DNA from: Selaginella moellendorffii
Lineage: Eukaryota; Plantae; Lycopodiophyta
Assembly: GCF_000143415.4 (NCBI RefSeq)
Contig: NW_003314318.1
Location: forward strand, 1,103,690-1,167,689
Reading direction: 5' to 3'
Length of the DNA stretch: 64,000 nt
In this document: positions 48,256 to 61,171 of the stretch, one piece after another
Position numbering within the stretch: the first letter of the stretch is position 1
Layout: each line of letters starts with the position of its first letter
Notes under the pieces: generated by a model
The model's input: the letters and a program-made list of their open reading frames with translations, nothing else
Database searches by the model: none
What the model was told of the DNA's origin: nothing
Translations under genes and position numbers: made by a program

Positions 48256-49545
48256 TCAGCTCGTAATGGACATAAGATGCAACGCATTCTTGAAAGATCG
48301 TCTAGTGCTTACACAAAACTCTAAGAAACTCGAAAATACTCGAAATTCATAAACTTGGAATTGGACTACTGGACATTTGATAAAATACCTGCTACTTGTG
48401 TCGCCTGAAAAGAGAAAAATTTCCCTTTTTGGACTCTTTTGTAGACGATTCGCTTGGAAAATCATAGTCACGCCTTGTAGTAAGTGACCGTGACAGACTG
48501 CAGTTTCAGCGTTGTAATTGTCGTTGCAAACCTTTTCCACTTTAGTTCTCCTGCCGAGCGAAATGAGTTATGGCCTGTGGGTTCATCGTAATACTCCACG
48601 TTAAGTTCTTGGCATCATTTGGCATAAGTTGTGGCATTATCTCTGGACGCAGTTTCCCGCTGCAGGCATTCTCTATGTATGGAATCATACCCTTACGATC
48701 TGTAAAAGCAAATTGTGTAAAACATCTATAAAAATAAAAACGATGTGCAACAATGTCATACACCTCCAAGGTTTTTGTTTGCCCTTCTCGCAATAAGAGT
48801 TCAACAACTTGGCTGTTACCACAGTGACAAGCTTCTCCAAGTGGTAGTCACCCATCAGTACTTTCCTCGTTGACACTTGAAAGTCCATAAACTAACTCCT
48901 CCAGTGTCACATAGTCGATTATTTCATTTGAAATAAAGTCGCATAACGAATCGACTCTTTTTATTTTAGTTGCCTTGAAATATTTTCGCCCATACTAAAA
49001 GAGGGAGTATTAGACAAATAAACAGCAAAAAAATATTACGAACCTCTAAATAAATTTTACAGTCCGGAATCACTGAAGTAAGATCCAAAAAGCTTGGATG
49101 TTTCTCGTGATGAGGTCGCCTGCCTGGAGTGAAATAGTACACGTTGTCAAACGGTTTCGCGTGCATGGTCGACCGTATTCTCTCATGAGATATGTAAAAA
49201 CATACGTGTGTAAAAACATACCTTGTTCTGTACCTCCCAGGTTGTCTGTGGCAGAGTTGTTCAAATATAACTTCTGCTTCAGCCCGTGCGGTACAACCTG
49301 TTCACGGTCTTCACTATCCTCCCTGAACTCCATATGGTAATCCGTTGTAAAGAGAAAACAGTCAGGAACCTGTTGATAGCCAACAATCATAACAAATACT
49401 ATTAACTATGTTACCATTAGCTTGCTTATTTGAGTCACATCATAAACCAAGGAGGAAGAGCCAGAAAGAGTATACCGCTTGCTGGAAAGAGTCCCTTCGA
49501 TTGTAGAACCAGCCCAGAACCTTGCAGACTATTTCAGACACCATG
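48256..49545 (-). other. Possible multi-exon gene or pseudogene of unknown function
   Basis: Consecutive minus-strand open frames separated by short AT-rich intron-like spacers; no recognisable motif. Confidence 0.3.
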
Positions 49546-49805
49546 TCGCTAAAGGCACATTGCAACGAGCTGATGACTATCTAATGCCAAAAAGTGAAAC
49601 CACAGTTTGGTAGCATTTCTAAATCGCTCTGTCACGCTCAGGGGTTGACCGCGAGACCTACACTACAGCAAAAACCCTAGAATGCAAAAGAATATCTAGC
49701 ATACCTTAGCATATGCTAGGTATATTCAATGAGGACTGCACACGTGGTAGGCTATAGGCTGCCCACGTGTACATCGTGCTGAGGGTTTGTTCTTACGAGG
49801 AGAGA

Positions 49806-50679
49806 ATGGGAGCCGACGAGGTATGGCGATGGTTTTAGAGCTGAGCTCCTGATCGTAGTCTTTTGGTTAGCCTGGAATTGAAGCGTGGTATCTCGATGAA
49901 TCGCAAGAGCAGCAGCGTGTATCCAAAAAAATTCTCGATGGTGAGTGTGAATTTCTGGAATTGTTTGATGGATTTGGTTTGGTTTTGCCCAGATCTTGGT
50001 GTGCTGCAGTGGCACTTAAATGCGGATTTGTACGAGACAGACCCGGAGCTCAAGGCTATTCGAGACGAGCGAGGCTACGATTACTATGTATGTATCCATC
50101 CAGAACCTTGTTTGGCTCTTATCCGAATTGTGCTCGTGCTCAGGATATCATCACAATCGCGCCTGGAAAGCTTCCCAACTACGAGGAGCGGATCAAAAGT
50201 TTCTACGAGGAGCACATCCACACGGACGAGGAGATTAGATACTGTCTCGAAGGAAGTGGTCTGTAGTATCTTCTTTCGAGGAAATAATCCAGTTTTTGTT
50301 AACGATTCTTTCGATCCATCTCAGGATACTTTGACGTGAGAGATGGCAGCGATCGGTGGATTCGTGTGTGGACCAAGAAGGGCGACATGATCATTCTCCC
50401 GGCTGGGATGTATCATCGATTCACACCGGATTCCAACAATTTCATCACGGTCTGTACCTGAGATTCTCTTTGATCAAACATGAAGCTTAGAAATCTATGC
50501 AGGTGATGCGCCTCTTTAGTGGACATCCAATCTGGACAGCGTTTAATCGGCCCCAAGAAGACAATCGTGCAAGGTCTGCAAATTACATATTCTTGTGAAA
50601 GTTATCTCTTCTTGGTTTTGCCAGAGTGGAGTACGTAAACAATTTCCTCGCGAAGATCAAAAAGTGCGCACAAAGTTGA
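49806..50679 (+). CDS. ARD: Acireductone dioxygenase (methionine salvage, cupin), 7 exons
   Basis: Spliced MGADE|PGIEAWYLD..|DLGVLQWHL..|..[20 protein letters not shown]|[16 protein letters not shown]..|VMRLF..WTAFNRP..; metal ligands HxHxxxE...H intact. Confidence 0.93.
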
Positions 50680-51107
50680 TCATAGAATATTTTTTTTCTC
50701 AAATGCATCCAGGCAGGAGAGAGATAAGAAAATCACTATGATACATATTTCCATAGCTTCAAACATCCTCTAGGTTTACATATCTATAAAAAAAAAACAA
50801 AAGATTGTTTCGATCTAGATGGTATTCAGTCCACCTTCAGTGGCTGGGCTGCTCTGTTTTTTTTTGGCTCAGTTTGTTTCTCCTTCCTAGGGGAAACGAA
50901 GGGAGAAGGGCAGATGGGCTCAGATTGAAATGTTCTACCGCCAAGTTTTTCTAACTTTGACTCCCCAAGAATGCGTGATTTTCTGGATCTTATCATCCCG
51001 TGCTAGAAAGAAGAGCACAAGTGTGGCATGAAAAGATTTTTTCATAGACCATCAATATTTTTCTCTCAAATGAATCCAAGCAGGAGAGAGATACGATCAT
51101 TATAATC

Positions 51108-52657
51108 CTAGAGCAATGCACTGTATCCTCCATGGGGCTCTCGTTTCTTCTTCCAGATGCTAAATCCGACCACCAGCGCCACCCCCCCAACGATCGCAAG
51201 CGTGACCGCCATCACATTAACTCTGTTTTTGACGTCCTAGAGCGGAGAAAAACAATCGCTCAATCTAAGAACTTGAAACAAGTAGAAGTTTACCACACGT
51301 ACCTTGAATTGCCTCAGAGACACGGTGTCATCGTCGCTCACGATGAGATAGAAGAGCGCCATCACACCCGTGTGCTCCTGGGCGGAGCTATAAGACGAGG
51401 ACAAGTGGAGCTTCTCACCGCTCGCGACCGTCACAGTCCCTGGCTCGGGGAAGCACGTAGACATCCCAACAACGTAGCCAGCTTCGTTTCCAGGAGTTGA
51501 TCCATTCCCGTATAGAGGAATCGAGGAGCACAAGTGCCGACCATCCTGGAAAAGCCACAAAAATCGTTAGCAAGTTTCACGAGAGTTTTTTCTACTTTTT
51601 TTCTTACCTCTCCATGCATGGTCATGCCCATAGCTCCACCGTGCTGATGCGCTACTCCGTAGATAATGCTACCCCCTTTCGGAATCACCAGGTGATTCTC
51701 CAGCTGATAAATACAATCGGGATTCGAGGACGGGTCGCAAGCAGGAACGTCATACTCAACCTGCAGAACGATCGTAAGAAAACAAAAGAAAAAAGTTTAC
51801 AATCAGGACAAACGAACCTTGCAGCCAACGTGACGGTCGATTGGATCCCGCTTCCTGCTGTCTGTGATGTCGAATATATAAGCACGAACAGGCAGGACAC
51901 ACTCGTCCCACTCCACCCATTCGATGGTGTATTGCATGTAAAGAGTCTTCTTTGGTGCTTGAAATCCCGGCTTCACTGCGCATTTAGTCCCCTCGTAGCA
52001 GCAGTGCAGACCGCCTTTGTAGCCCTGCTTCAAAGGCTGTCCAGAGGCGTCTGTTGTGACGTTGTACAAGCTGCACCGGCACTCGAGGCATCCTTGGGGA
52101 TCGTATGTTCCTCTGGTGTCGATGGCATGGACGTTGAGCACCCAGAGCTCCTCGTAGCCTTCTGGAGGATTGCCAACGCCGATAGCATAGGAGCCTGGAA
52201 CAAAGTAGCTCGTGTGCCTCGTCTCGGATCCAAGACCCCAGAACTGCGACAGGACGTTGTGCTGACAAATTCCATCGTTTCCAGCGATTATAGCCGATGG
52301 CGAGCCTAGACGATCCTGTCCATGATGGAAGCCGCCTCTTACCAGCTCTTTTCTCTCGGAGCTCTTCACATAGAGGCTAAATACTACCCAGTGATGCAGA
52401 TAGACGTCGCTCAGAGGCACGGGATTCCCAAGCTCGTCTACAACCTCTCCCTGGAAGTTCTTGACACCGATGTGACCTTTGGGAAACTCGAGCTCGTAGT
52501 GTCGGTCTTGGACCTCTCCCGGCCCCAGAGCAAAGGCTGGAGACTTGTAAGTCTTCTTCTGAATTCTGGAAGATCTGGAGCAGTCCTTCGATTCTGCTGG
52601 AGATGAAGATAGTAGCAAAGCGATGAGCACGACGAGAACCAAAAGCTTCCCGTCCAT
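51108..52657 (-). CDS. Stress up-regulated Nod19 (SURNod19) family protein, copy 1
   Basis: Signal peptide, FPKGHIGVK, VYLHHW, QFWGLGSETR, CLECRC, GVAHQH, GYVVGMSTC, HTGVM; C-terminal TM helix in last exon; 4 exons. Confidence 0.88.
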
Positions 52658-52794
52658 CTTTAGTTGCTATTCACCCCCACCCCGCTCCATCTGCTAAATA
52701 GGAAATCAGGACAAAGCTTGGAAGCTTCCTCCGCGAGACTTCTGTTCACTTCTGTTCGTAGCCTTTTTGTTTGTTTCCCAGAAACTTATCCCGA

Positions 52795-54252
52795 TCAGTC
52801 CCATTGATGCAGCCACCACTTGGGTCGTAAGACCTTCACCTGTATGCTTGCCATCCCGCCACCTATGCTTAGCCGTTTGGAAACCGCTTCCAGCCTCACA
52901 AGAGCGAATCCCCGGGAGCCAAGTGCCGTTGTTACAGTGCCCATCTTCTTGGACGATTCTGCGTCGACGATTTCAGCACCATGACTCACTGCCTCACTGA
53001 TTTCTGCAATGACACGTAAATCACAAATAAGAAACTCTAGACCACACGGCTCATCTCACCTTCGCCATCCTTGTCAAGAAAAATCACCGGCATTACGCGC
53101 TTTCTTATCACTCCTCGGTGGTGTGTGCGAGCAACAAGCTCCTGGCCCACATAGCAACCTTTGTCGAAGTCGATCGCGTTCAGACCTTCAAGATTGTACT
53201 CGAGAGGAATGGCCTCCCCTGTCAATCACTAGATTTAAGAAAAACTGAACACAGCAAGCGAAAAAGAGAGAAAACCTCCACGAATTTCTGCCGGTCCCTC
53301 TGGAATTCCTTGTTCCAACCTCCACAACAGATAATACTGCTCGTCAACCTCTTGATCGGCATCAATCAATGGAGCTGCCAAAGGAAAAAAAACGTGTAAC
53401 TGTTGTTATAGATCAGCGTCACTATGAAACTTACGAGTGGATTCCACCGGAAAGATACCTCGGAAGCCGAGACATCCTGTCCGGGGATCTTTATGCCAAC
53501 GCCAGCCTTGGACATTGCTAGAGGCAGAAGTATTCCCAGCAACATCACGCCCAGCACCCCACCCTACAGAGCCCTCGTTGTCACCTTCGCACTCCAGAGC
53601 ACCTCCAAACCTCTGCCAGACTGCAAGCTCTTTTGACATGTCCGAGAAAGAAATTTTTGCACGCAGTTTGTGCCTGAAACAAGTGAAAGTTCGTCAAAAA
53701 GACAAGGAGAAAAAAGAACAAAGTACAAAGTACAAACCTCGTCAGGTGTGCAAACAAATCGCTGACACTCTCCGCATCAACGTCTGCTACCAGCTTTGGA
53801 GCCGACTTCTCGCTTCCGGGGCCCGTTCCCGATCTGTCCAACTTCTCCGTGGATTGCACCGGCTTAAAAACCACCATGTCAAACAGAAACCTTCCCTGTG
53901 GATTCAAGATGGCCGTGTAGAGAGGAGGCTGCACCACCGCTGGCTGGTTGAGAGTGGGATGCGGTAGCCTCGTCGGAGAATCCTGCTCGAGCTTGTTCAT
54001 GTTGTTCGTCGTCAAGCCCTGGAGGAACTTGATAACATCCTCTCCTTCAAATCCAATGACCGCTCGGCTGCTCAGCTTGCACGCAAAAGGACCTTTCTCG
54101 GCTAGCAGCGTCGGACCCCCGGAAGATAACTCGGACGCTCGAGAAGGAAACGACGGCGACGAGTGGAAGGAAAAGCTTCTCACATTTTTAGCACAGCCAC
54201 GGCCCCTGTATCCTCCACCTCCCAGCAAGCGCCAGACTGTAGCAGCCGCCAT
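52795..54252 (-). CDS. IBA57: IBA57/CAF17 (YgfZ/COG0354) folate-binding Fe-S assembly factor, mitochondrial
   Basis: Transit-peptide-like N-terminus; KFLQGLTTN; [11 protein letters not shown]; signature [22 protein letters not shown]; multiple short introns. Confidence 0.9.
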
Positions 54253-54558
54253 CGTTGGAAATTTTCTTTCTGCTTATACCCTAGGTTCTTTTCTTCAAGA
54301 ACTCCGCCAAGTGCGTGACACTCGGGCTTCATGCATGGGCTGGCTCGATAGTGGCTTTCTTCCTCGTTGCTAACTTTCTCTTCTCCATTTCCTACACGCT
54401 ACTGTTCTATCCTTGAGTTTCTTGCGCGTGGCATTCTATAGCTCTTCATATCCGGACTTCTGCTCGTTCTAGCCTTCCAGTTTCCCGGCCCTTGACTCTG
54501 CTGTTACTCGAGTTGCTGAATTCCCCGCGAGTAGCATTCTATAAATGTGCTATAGAGT

Positions 54559-54850
54559 TTACTTGAGAACTACAGAGCCTTGAACGTAATCGTCGGGAAG
54601 ACACCTGATGCGCTTCAAGACATCGGCATTTGGATACCTGAGCTTTGTTCGAGGATCCGTGTAAGGTGCCTTTACAAGGAGAAAATACCGAAAGAGGGGA
54701 TTACTCGGTGGAGAAATGGCGAAACAGCACCTTACCTCAAATCCAGAGAATTTCTTGGAAGGATTCTCGCTGATGAGCCTAACTGTGAGTTTCTGATTGT
54801 ACATTTGCAGATGTTAACATCGAATCACCTCCTTCCATGTATCGCAACGA
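54559..54850 (-). pseudogene. IES6: INO80 subunit IES6 (YL1 C-terminal domain) remnant with internal inversion
   Basis: APYTDPRTKLRYPNAD..LPDDYVQ on the minus strand; upstream exon piece (DEPN|YVNIESPPSMY) lies on the plus strand at ~54768-54843. Confidence 0.75.
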
Positions 54851-54963
54851 CAGATGACAATTTTGCGGATGATGAGAATGAGAAGGGGGAACTCCTGGAT
54901 TTATACATCTAACTTCTAACATGTTCTCCATCTGGTGTGTTGTTCCCTGCTACTTTCTTATCC

Positions 54964-55158
54964 ATGGCTGCGGGTGCTAGCGTCTCCAAACTTCTTGTGG
55001 TTGCGGCAATTCTCATGTTCACATTTCTGGCTAGCATTGAGTTTGCGCACGGGGGGTGTTGTTATACAACCACTTTATTCAACTACTTCAAGGTGGTAGC
55101 AATCCAAGTTTTGAAGTGCGAAAACACAGGAGCTCCTTACGCGCGAAATGGGGATTGA
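54964..55158 (+). CDS. Putative small secreted cysteine-containing peptide (possibly truncated by a premature stop)
   Basis: MAAGASVSKLLVVAAILMFTFLASIEFAHG signal-peptide-like, then GCC...C; reading through TGA 55156 adds CKGGC...C to 55206. Confidence 0.4.
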   Translation: MAAGASVSKLLVVAAILMFTFLASIEFAHGGCCYTTTLFNYFKVVAIQVLKCENTGAPYARNGD

Positions 55159-55703
55159 TGCAAAGGAGGGTGTCTGTATCAAATTGGAATTTGTGTTGGC
55201 TGGTAGGTGCCAACATGACATTGTGCCATAAGGTTTCCTCTCGCTTGCATCCTGGTCACAATGTCGCAATTTCTAGAAAAGGATTTCTTCCAGTTGTGCA
55301 AATCTACACTGAGGACAGTACTATTTTTGTTAGTTTTTCTTCTGCTTAGTTGCTTTTTGGCCTGTGATCTTCTAGGAGCACAAGTTTGTAGGCGAGCTTG
55401 TAAATCTTATAGGAAAAAAGTGAGTGGCAGAACCTGGAGAAGGTACTTTCTTCTTTGATTGCGCTTTCCATTCCAGTTGACGAGATTGGATTGGAGGCAA
55501 AAAATAACAACTGTGTCACTTGTTTTGATGAATATCGAGTCTCAGGTTAGTGTAGGTTTATAAATTTATTTGTGCACTTTGGTGCTTTGGATGATCTTTG
55601 TGGTAAGTAAAGCAGGCTGTCAGAAGCACAATGTCCTGCAAAAATATGCCTCCCACTTTTTATATAAAAAGTATATTCATTAGATATTTCATAGCGGGCC
55701 AGC

Positions 55704-57224
55704 TCAAACGAGCAATGCACTGTATCTTTCATGGGACTCTGGTTTCTTGTTCCAGATGGTAAATCCGACCGCTAGTGCAAGCACCACAACGATTCCAAGC
55801 GTGACCACCATCACATTAACTCTATTTTTCACGTCCTGCAGCGGAGAAAAGCAATCACTCAATCTAACAAACAAGTAAAAAACGTACCTTGATTTCTCCT
55901 AGAGACACAGTGTCATTGTCGCTCACCATGAGATAGAAGATTCCCATGACACCCGTGTGCTCCTGGGCAGAACTATAAGATGAGGAGAAGTGGAGCTTCT
56001 CACCGCTCGCGACCATCAGAGTCCCTGGCTTAGGAATGCATGTAGACATTCCAACAACGTAGCCATCTTCGTTGCCAGGAGATGATCCATTCCCGTATAG
56101 AGGAGTCGAGGAGCACAAGTGCCGACCATCCTGGAAAAGCCGCACAAATTGACAGTCATGAGAGTTTTTTTTACTTCTTCTTACCTCTCCATGCATGCTT
56201 ATGCCCATGCCTGCAGCGTGCTGATGTCCTACTCCATAGATAATGCTACCCCCTTTTGGAATCACCAGGTGATTCTCCAGCTGATAAATACAATCGGAAT
56301 TTGAGGACGGGTCACAAGCGGGAACGTCATACTCGGCCTGCAAGACAATCGTAAGAAACATAAGAGAAACTTTTAGAATGAGGAAAAACGAACTTGGCAG
56401 CCAACTTGAGGGTCGACTGGATCCCGCTTCCTGCTGTCTGTGATGTCGAATATATAAGCACGAACAGGCCGGACACATTCGTCCCACTCCACCCATTCGA
56501 TGGTGTATTGCATGTAAAGAGTCTTCTTTGGTGCTTGAAATCCCAGTTTCATTGCACATTTGGTCCCTTCATAGCAGCAATGCAAACCGCCTTTGTAACC
56601 TTGCTTCAAAGGCTGTCCAGAGGCATCTATTGTTACGTTGTACAAGCTGCAGCGGCACTCGAGACATCCTTGGGGATCATATGTTCCTCTGGTGTCGATG
56701 GCATGGACGTTGAGCAGCCAAAGCTCCTTGTAGCCTTCTGGAGGGTTGCCAACGCCGATAGCATAGGAGCCTGGAACAAAGTAGCTCGTGTGTCTCGTCT
56801 CGGCACCAAGACCCCAGAACTGTGGATGGACGTTTTGCTGACAAATTCCATCGTTTCCAGGGATTATAGCCGCTGACGACCCTAGACGATCATGGAAGCC
56901 GCCTCTGACCAGCTCTTTTCTCTCGGAGCTCTTCAGGTAGAAGCCAAATACCACCCAGTGATGCAAATAGACTTCGCTGAGAGGCACGGGATTCCCAAGC
57001 TCGTCTACAATCTCTCCCTGGAAGTTCTTGACGCCGATATGACCTTTGGGAAACTCGATCGTGTAGTTTCGGTTTTGGACCTCTCCCGGCCCCATAGAAA
57101 AAGCTGGAGATTTGTAAGTCTTCTTCTGAATTCTGGAAGATCTGGAGCAGTCCTTAGATTCTGCTGGAGATGAAGGCCATAGCAAAACGATGGCCACGAC
57201 CAGAACCAAAAACTTCCCGTCCAT
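55704..57224 (-). CDS. SURNod19 family protein, copy 2
   Basis: Same exon structure and motifs as copy 1; open frames. Confidence 0.87.
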
Positions 57225-57259
57225 TTTTTTGCTGCTATTCACCCCCGCCGTGCTCAACT

Positions 57260-58228
57260 CACCAGATGGGCCGTAGGACCTTCACCTGTACGGTTTGGAC
57301 ACCGCTTTCAGTCTTACAAGAGCGCATCCCCGTGCAGTGCTTGGACGATTCAGCCAATGTGCTTCCAATGAGCAATAGGGCACACGGTGACGTGTGCTAG
57401 CTACGAGCTCTTGGCCCACATGCGGTTTGCGGGGACAAATCCAAGATCTCGGGTCCCAGAAGATCAATCGGATAATGGCATCGAGCACGTTCGCCCGGCA
57501 TTTTCCATACATGGACGGCTAGTGACTAATTATGAAAGTTGAGATAAAAATGAAAACTGCGTATCACTGATTTGGTTTTAAGGCAATTTGATAAACATAT
57601 ATTATAAAGAGTTTAAAGATGTACATTATTAATTTATGCAATTTCATTAAAGTATTCAAAGTCTCTCCTCCACAAAAATATGGAAATCATCACAAGCATA
57701 AACAATGTAATCACACGTGATAAAAAATAGCAAATTAACACTAAATGTGGCTTTGAGCCCTTCTCTAACTTATGCTAAAATATCTTCTCCTAATGATGCT
57801 TTTAAATAGCCAATTATAACCAAAAAATATCATTCAGTACCAGTTTTAAAGGGCTTTGGTGGTATTTAGGGCATATAATGTTTTGAAAAAACCAATTCAA
57901 TCATTGATTAAAATTAGGGTGGGGCCAATTTTAGTATAGCAGGTTAGATTTAAGCACTTGAACCCTCATGTTAACAATATACACTGTGGGATAGCACCTG
58001 CAACTGGATAAATAACCCTTAAGTTGTACACACTCTATATCATTGTATAAATTGAGACCTTGTATTAGAGGAATTGCCTCTAGATTAAGAAAAACTGAAC
58101 ACAGCAAGCAAGAGAGAGAGGAAACCTCTATAAATTTCTATTGGTCCTTCTGGAATTCCTTATTCCTCTTGATCACCAAGCTCGAAACCAGAAAAATGTA
58201 TAACTATTGTTATAGATCAATGAAACTT
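57260..58228 (-). pseudogene. IBA57 remnants (57260-57420 and 58060-58228)
   Basis: HVGQELVAS and GCALVRLKAVSK; 58060-58228 matches 53200-53430. Confidence 0.65.
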
Positions 58229-58231
58229 GAG

Positions 58232-59077
58232 TGTAGTGGAGAAGTTTTATTGTCTCTCTAGATTAGTTGCCCACTTTAGATCATGTGTTTGAGGAATTTG
58301 CAAAAGCACTTTGAGGGGGGGATTGTAGGGGGTTCCAAAATTATAGTAAAGATAATGGGTTGTAGGGGGTTCCAAAAGTATAGTAAAGATAGCAATGTTA
58401 AGACTTTAGTTTTGAAAGAACTTTTTAATGATGCTTCCAAATTAAATTGAGGTTAGAATTAAAAGTGAGTAGTCTTAGGTGGGAGTGAGCACAGACTTAA
58501 AGAGTGCTAAAGAAGCTCCTCAAAAAAGTGCTCAAGAGCAATTCTTATTTCCAGAAAGGAAATTAATTGTAATGCTCTTAACTCAAGTGGAATGGTGCCC
58601 CATTTGAATATCATATAGCTTATTGATCTTCACCCTATGTTAGGGGTTTAGGCCTTCCCTTCAGGATGAAGGTGGGGAGTTAAGATATCCATATTAGGCC
58701 ATTAATCCATGGTGTTTCCCTTTAGTGTCTCGGGCTAGGTGATACATTTAAGGCTGAAGATTTAAAGAGTCTTATATCATAAAATGTTAGAAACTTGGAG
58801 ATTTAATGTGTTTGGATGTTTGTGCCTAAAGGGAGTGTAACTGAACCTTAAATATAGTCTTATTTAGAAAGGGGTATAGTAAAAAGTTTGAGAAATTCTG
58901 AAAAGTTGGTTAACACTCAATTATTTGTGTAATAAGTAGTTGAATTTAAGTAGGACAAAGTCAGAGTTAGCACAATATGTGGGAACCTTGGTAAAGGAAT
59001 CTAGTAAAAGTCAAAATAAAGGTGGTTGGATAGATGAAGTAAGTTGATAAATTGGCAAGGGAAATATATAATTTACA
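58232..59077 (-). mobile_element. Decayed LTR-like repeat (family B)
   Basis: Reverse-complement similarity to 2605-3270; ends ...aatttaca; left boundary approximate. Confidence 0.55.
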
Positions 59078-61171
59078 CTTGGGAGAAAGTCTAAAGCATG
59101 CTTTCATTTGGACAGGGGTTTATAAAAAGTTTTAAAATGTATAGTATGATTGGGTAGATTGGGTATGGATGACCAATTTAAGACATTAGATGTGTTTGTC
59201 ATTGTTTTATGTCTAGCTTGGATCTAATCCCAAACCCAAAACTAATAATTCGTGGAGTACATATATCCCTCGGGTTATGCTAAAATATCACTAGACTTCA
59301 TTTAGCTCTATTTTGCATATTAGTCTTGGCATTTCGATATTAAATACTCTAGAATTATTTTAATTCTATTTTATGTATTTTTGCTCCTTTATTATTTAGC
59401 TTGGGAGTTATTCAATGCTCATATTCTTTCATTCATTGGCTATATGATTGGGAATTTAGCTCTATCCCTTCATTAAATGGCTCAAGGCTTTAAAACTCAA
59501 GTTTTACTTTGTTGCATTTCACACATATATCCAAGGGTTAAATTTTGCTCTACAGTAAACTACTATAGGGTATAAAGTGAAAACCATATATATTATATAA
59601 TGAGATTTTAACAATCTACATCAAGAATTGGGTAGATTTAAAAACTAGTTCTTTACAGGAATTTCTAGCAATTTGGAAAGATGCTTATGAAGATTCAAGT
59701 GCTTAGTAGCAATAGAAATGGGAGCCTAACAGTTCACTATCAAAACCATATACTAGTGGCAAGATTGAAACCATAATAGTGAGCAAGAGTGTGTGTACTA
59801 GACACGATTTAAATTTAGATTCAGCTTTGAATCAACCACTTGATCATGAGCAAAAGTGTTTCAACTAAAGATGATATGGTATATAGTTATGCCCATGTGG
59901 TAGTAGTTTCTATATATATATATAGCCATTTATATACAATTGAAATACATTTCTTCCTCCTCGTGTATCACTACTTTCAAAGCATAGTAAAACCTGGAAA
60001 AGGTAATTTCCTTGTCAATCATTCTTTTTATTTTAGTTGACAAGATTGAATTAAAGGTAAAGAATGCAACTATATCACTTGTTTTGAATAACATTTTCAG
60101 CCTCAAGTTAGTGACGATAAAGAGGTTTCTTTTCTTAGTAGATTAGCAAACAAGGACATAGTTTATAAATTTATTTATGTATTTTAGTAGTAGGAAACTC
60201 ATAAATGGACAATGTTTGTGAGCTAATTATGACAATTGCAAAGTGATGTGATGATTTGGACATGTCAAACCTAAGGTGAGACTACCTTGAACCTATTCTA
60301 CTAATAACACAAAAGTAAGATTTTCAACTTCAAACACATAGTTAACATATAAATTAGTATGTGGAAAATAAAAACACTTAACTCAACATCAAACTGAGAA
60401 TGAAAATCATATTGATATGTAAAAAACAAAAAAAAATTGCAAATGAGAAGGTGGCTTAAGCTAAGAAAATAAGGCAAAATAAAGGATCAAATGGCAAATT
60501 AAAAGACCCTATGAATTCTCTAACTCATCTTTAAAATTATCTTTAAAGTAATCAAATTCCTTATTAAAAGGAATCCACTTCACAACTTCCTATAAACTCA
60601 ATCTTTTTACAAAAAACTAGATTGTATAAATTATAACTCTCTAATTGATATCACAATTACACTCCATATTAGTTAAAGATGGTAATATGATTATATCCCA
60701 CAACACCAAAAGCTCAATCCAATAAAGCAACACCAATAGCTTTAAGTAATGATAGCATGGCATAGCAGAAAAAGAGAATGTATGAAAACTGAAAAGGTAA
60801 TAATAAATTTGATAACTATAATCTTAGATCTGGCAAAAAGTTAACACAAATCTAAATCTAAAAAAGAACAAAGGAACAAAAACAAAAACATAATTATGAA
60901 CAATCCTAAACACTGAGTAAAGCACTACCCTTCAACCAAAAGTTTGCACTCTTGGATACAATGCAATGCTCTTCACTTCCACTAATATGAGCATTTGGAA
61001 TATCAAAATAAATATCTTACTTGCGATTCCTTTATTATAAACAAGAATGGAATTTAATCTCAAGTATATGCTATATTACAATAATTAATGTCTTACCTCT
61101 ATATATGCATTTTTTTTTCCCAACTTTATATATATTTATTATATTTCATAGCAGGCCATCCCCAAATAATC

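Noticed and set aside
51497-52309. 270-aa plus-strand ORF
   Set aside because: Antisense shadow of the SURNod19 coding sequence.
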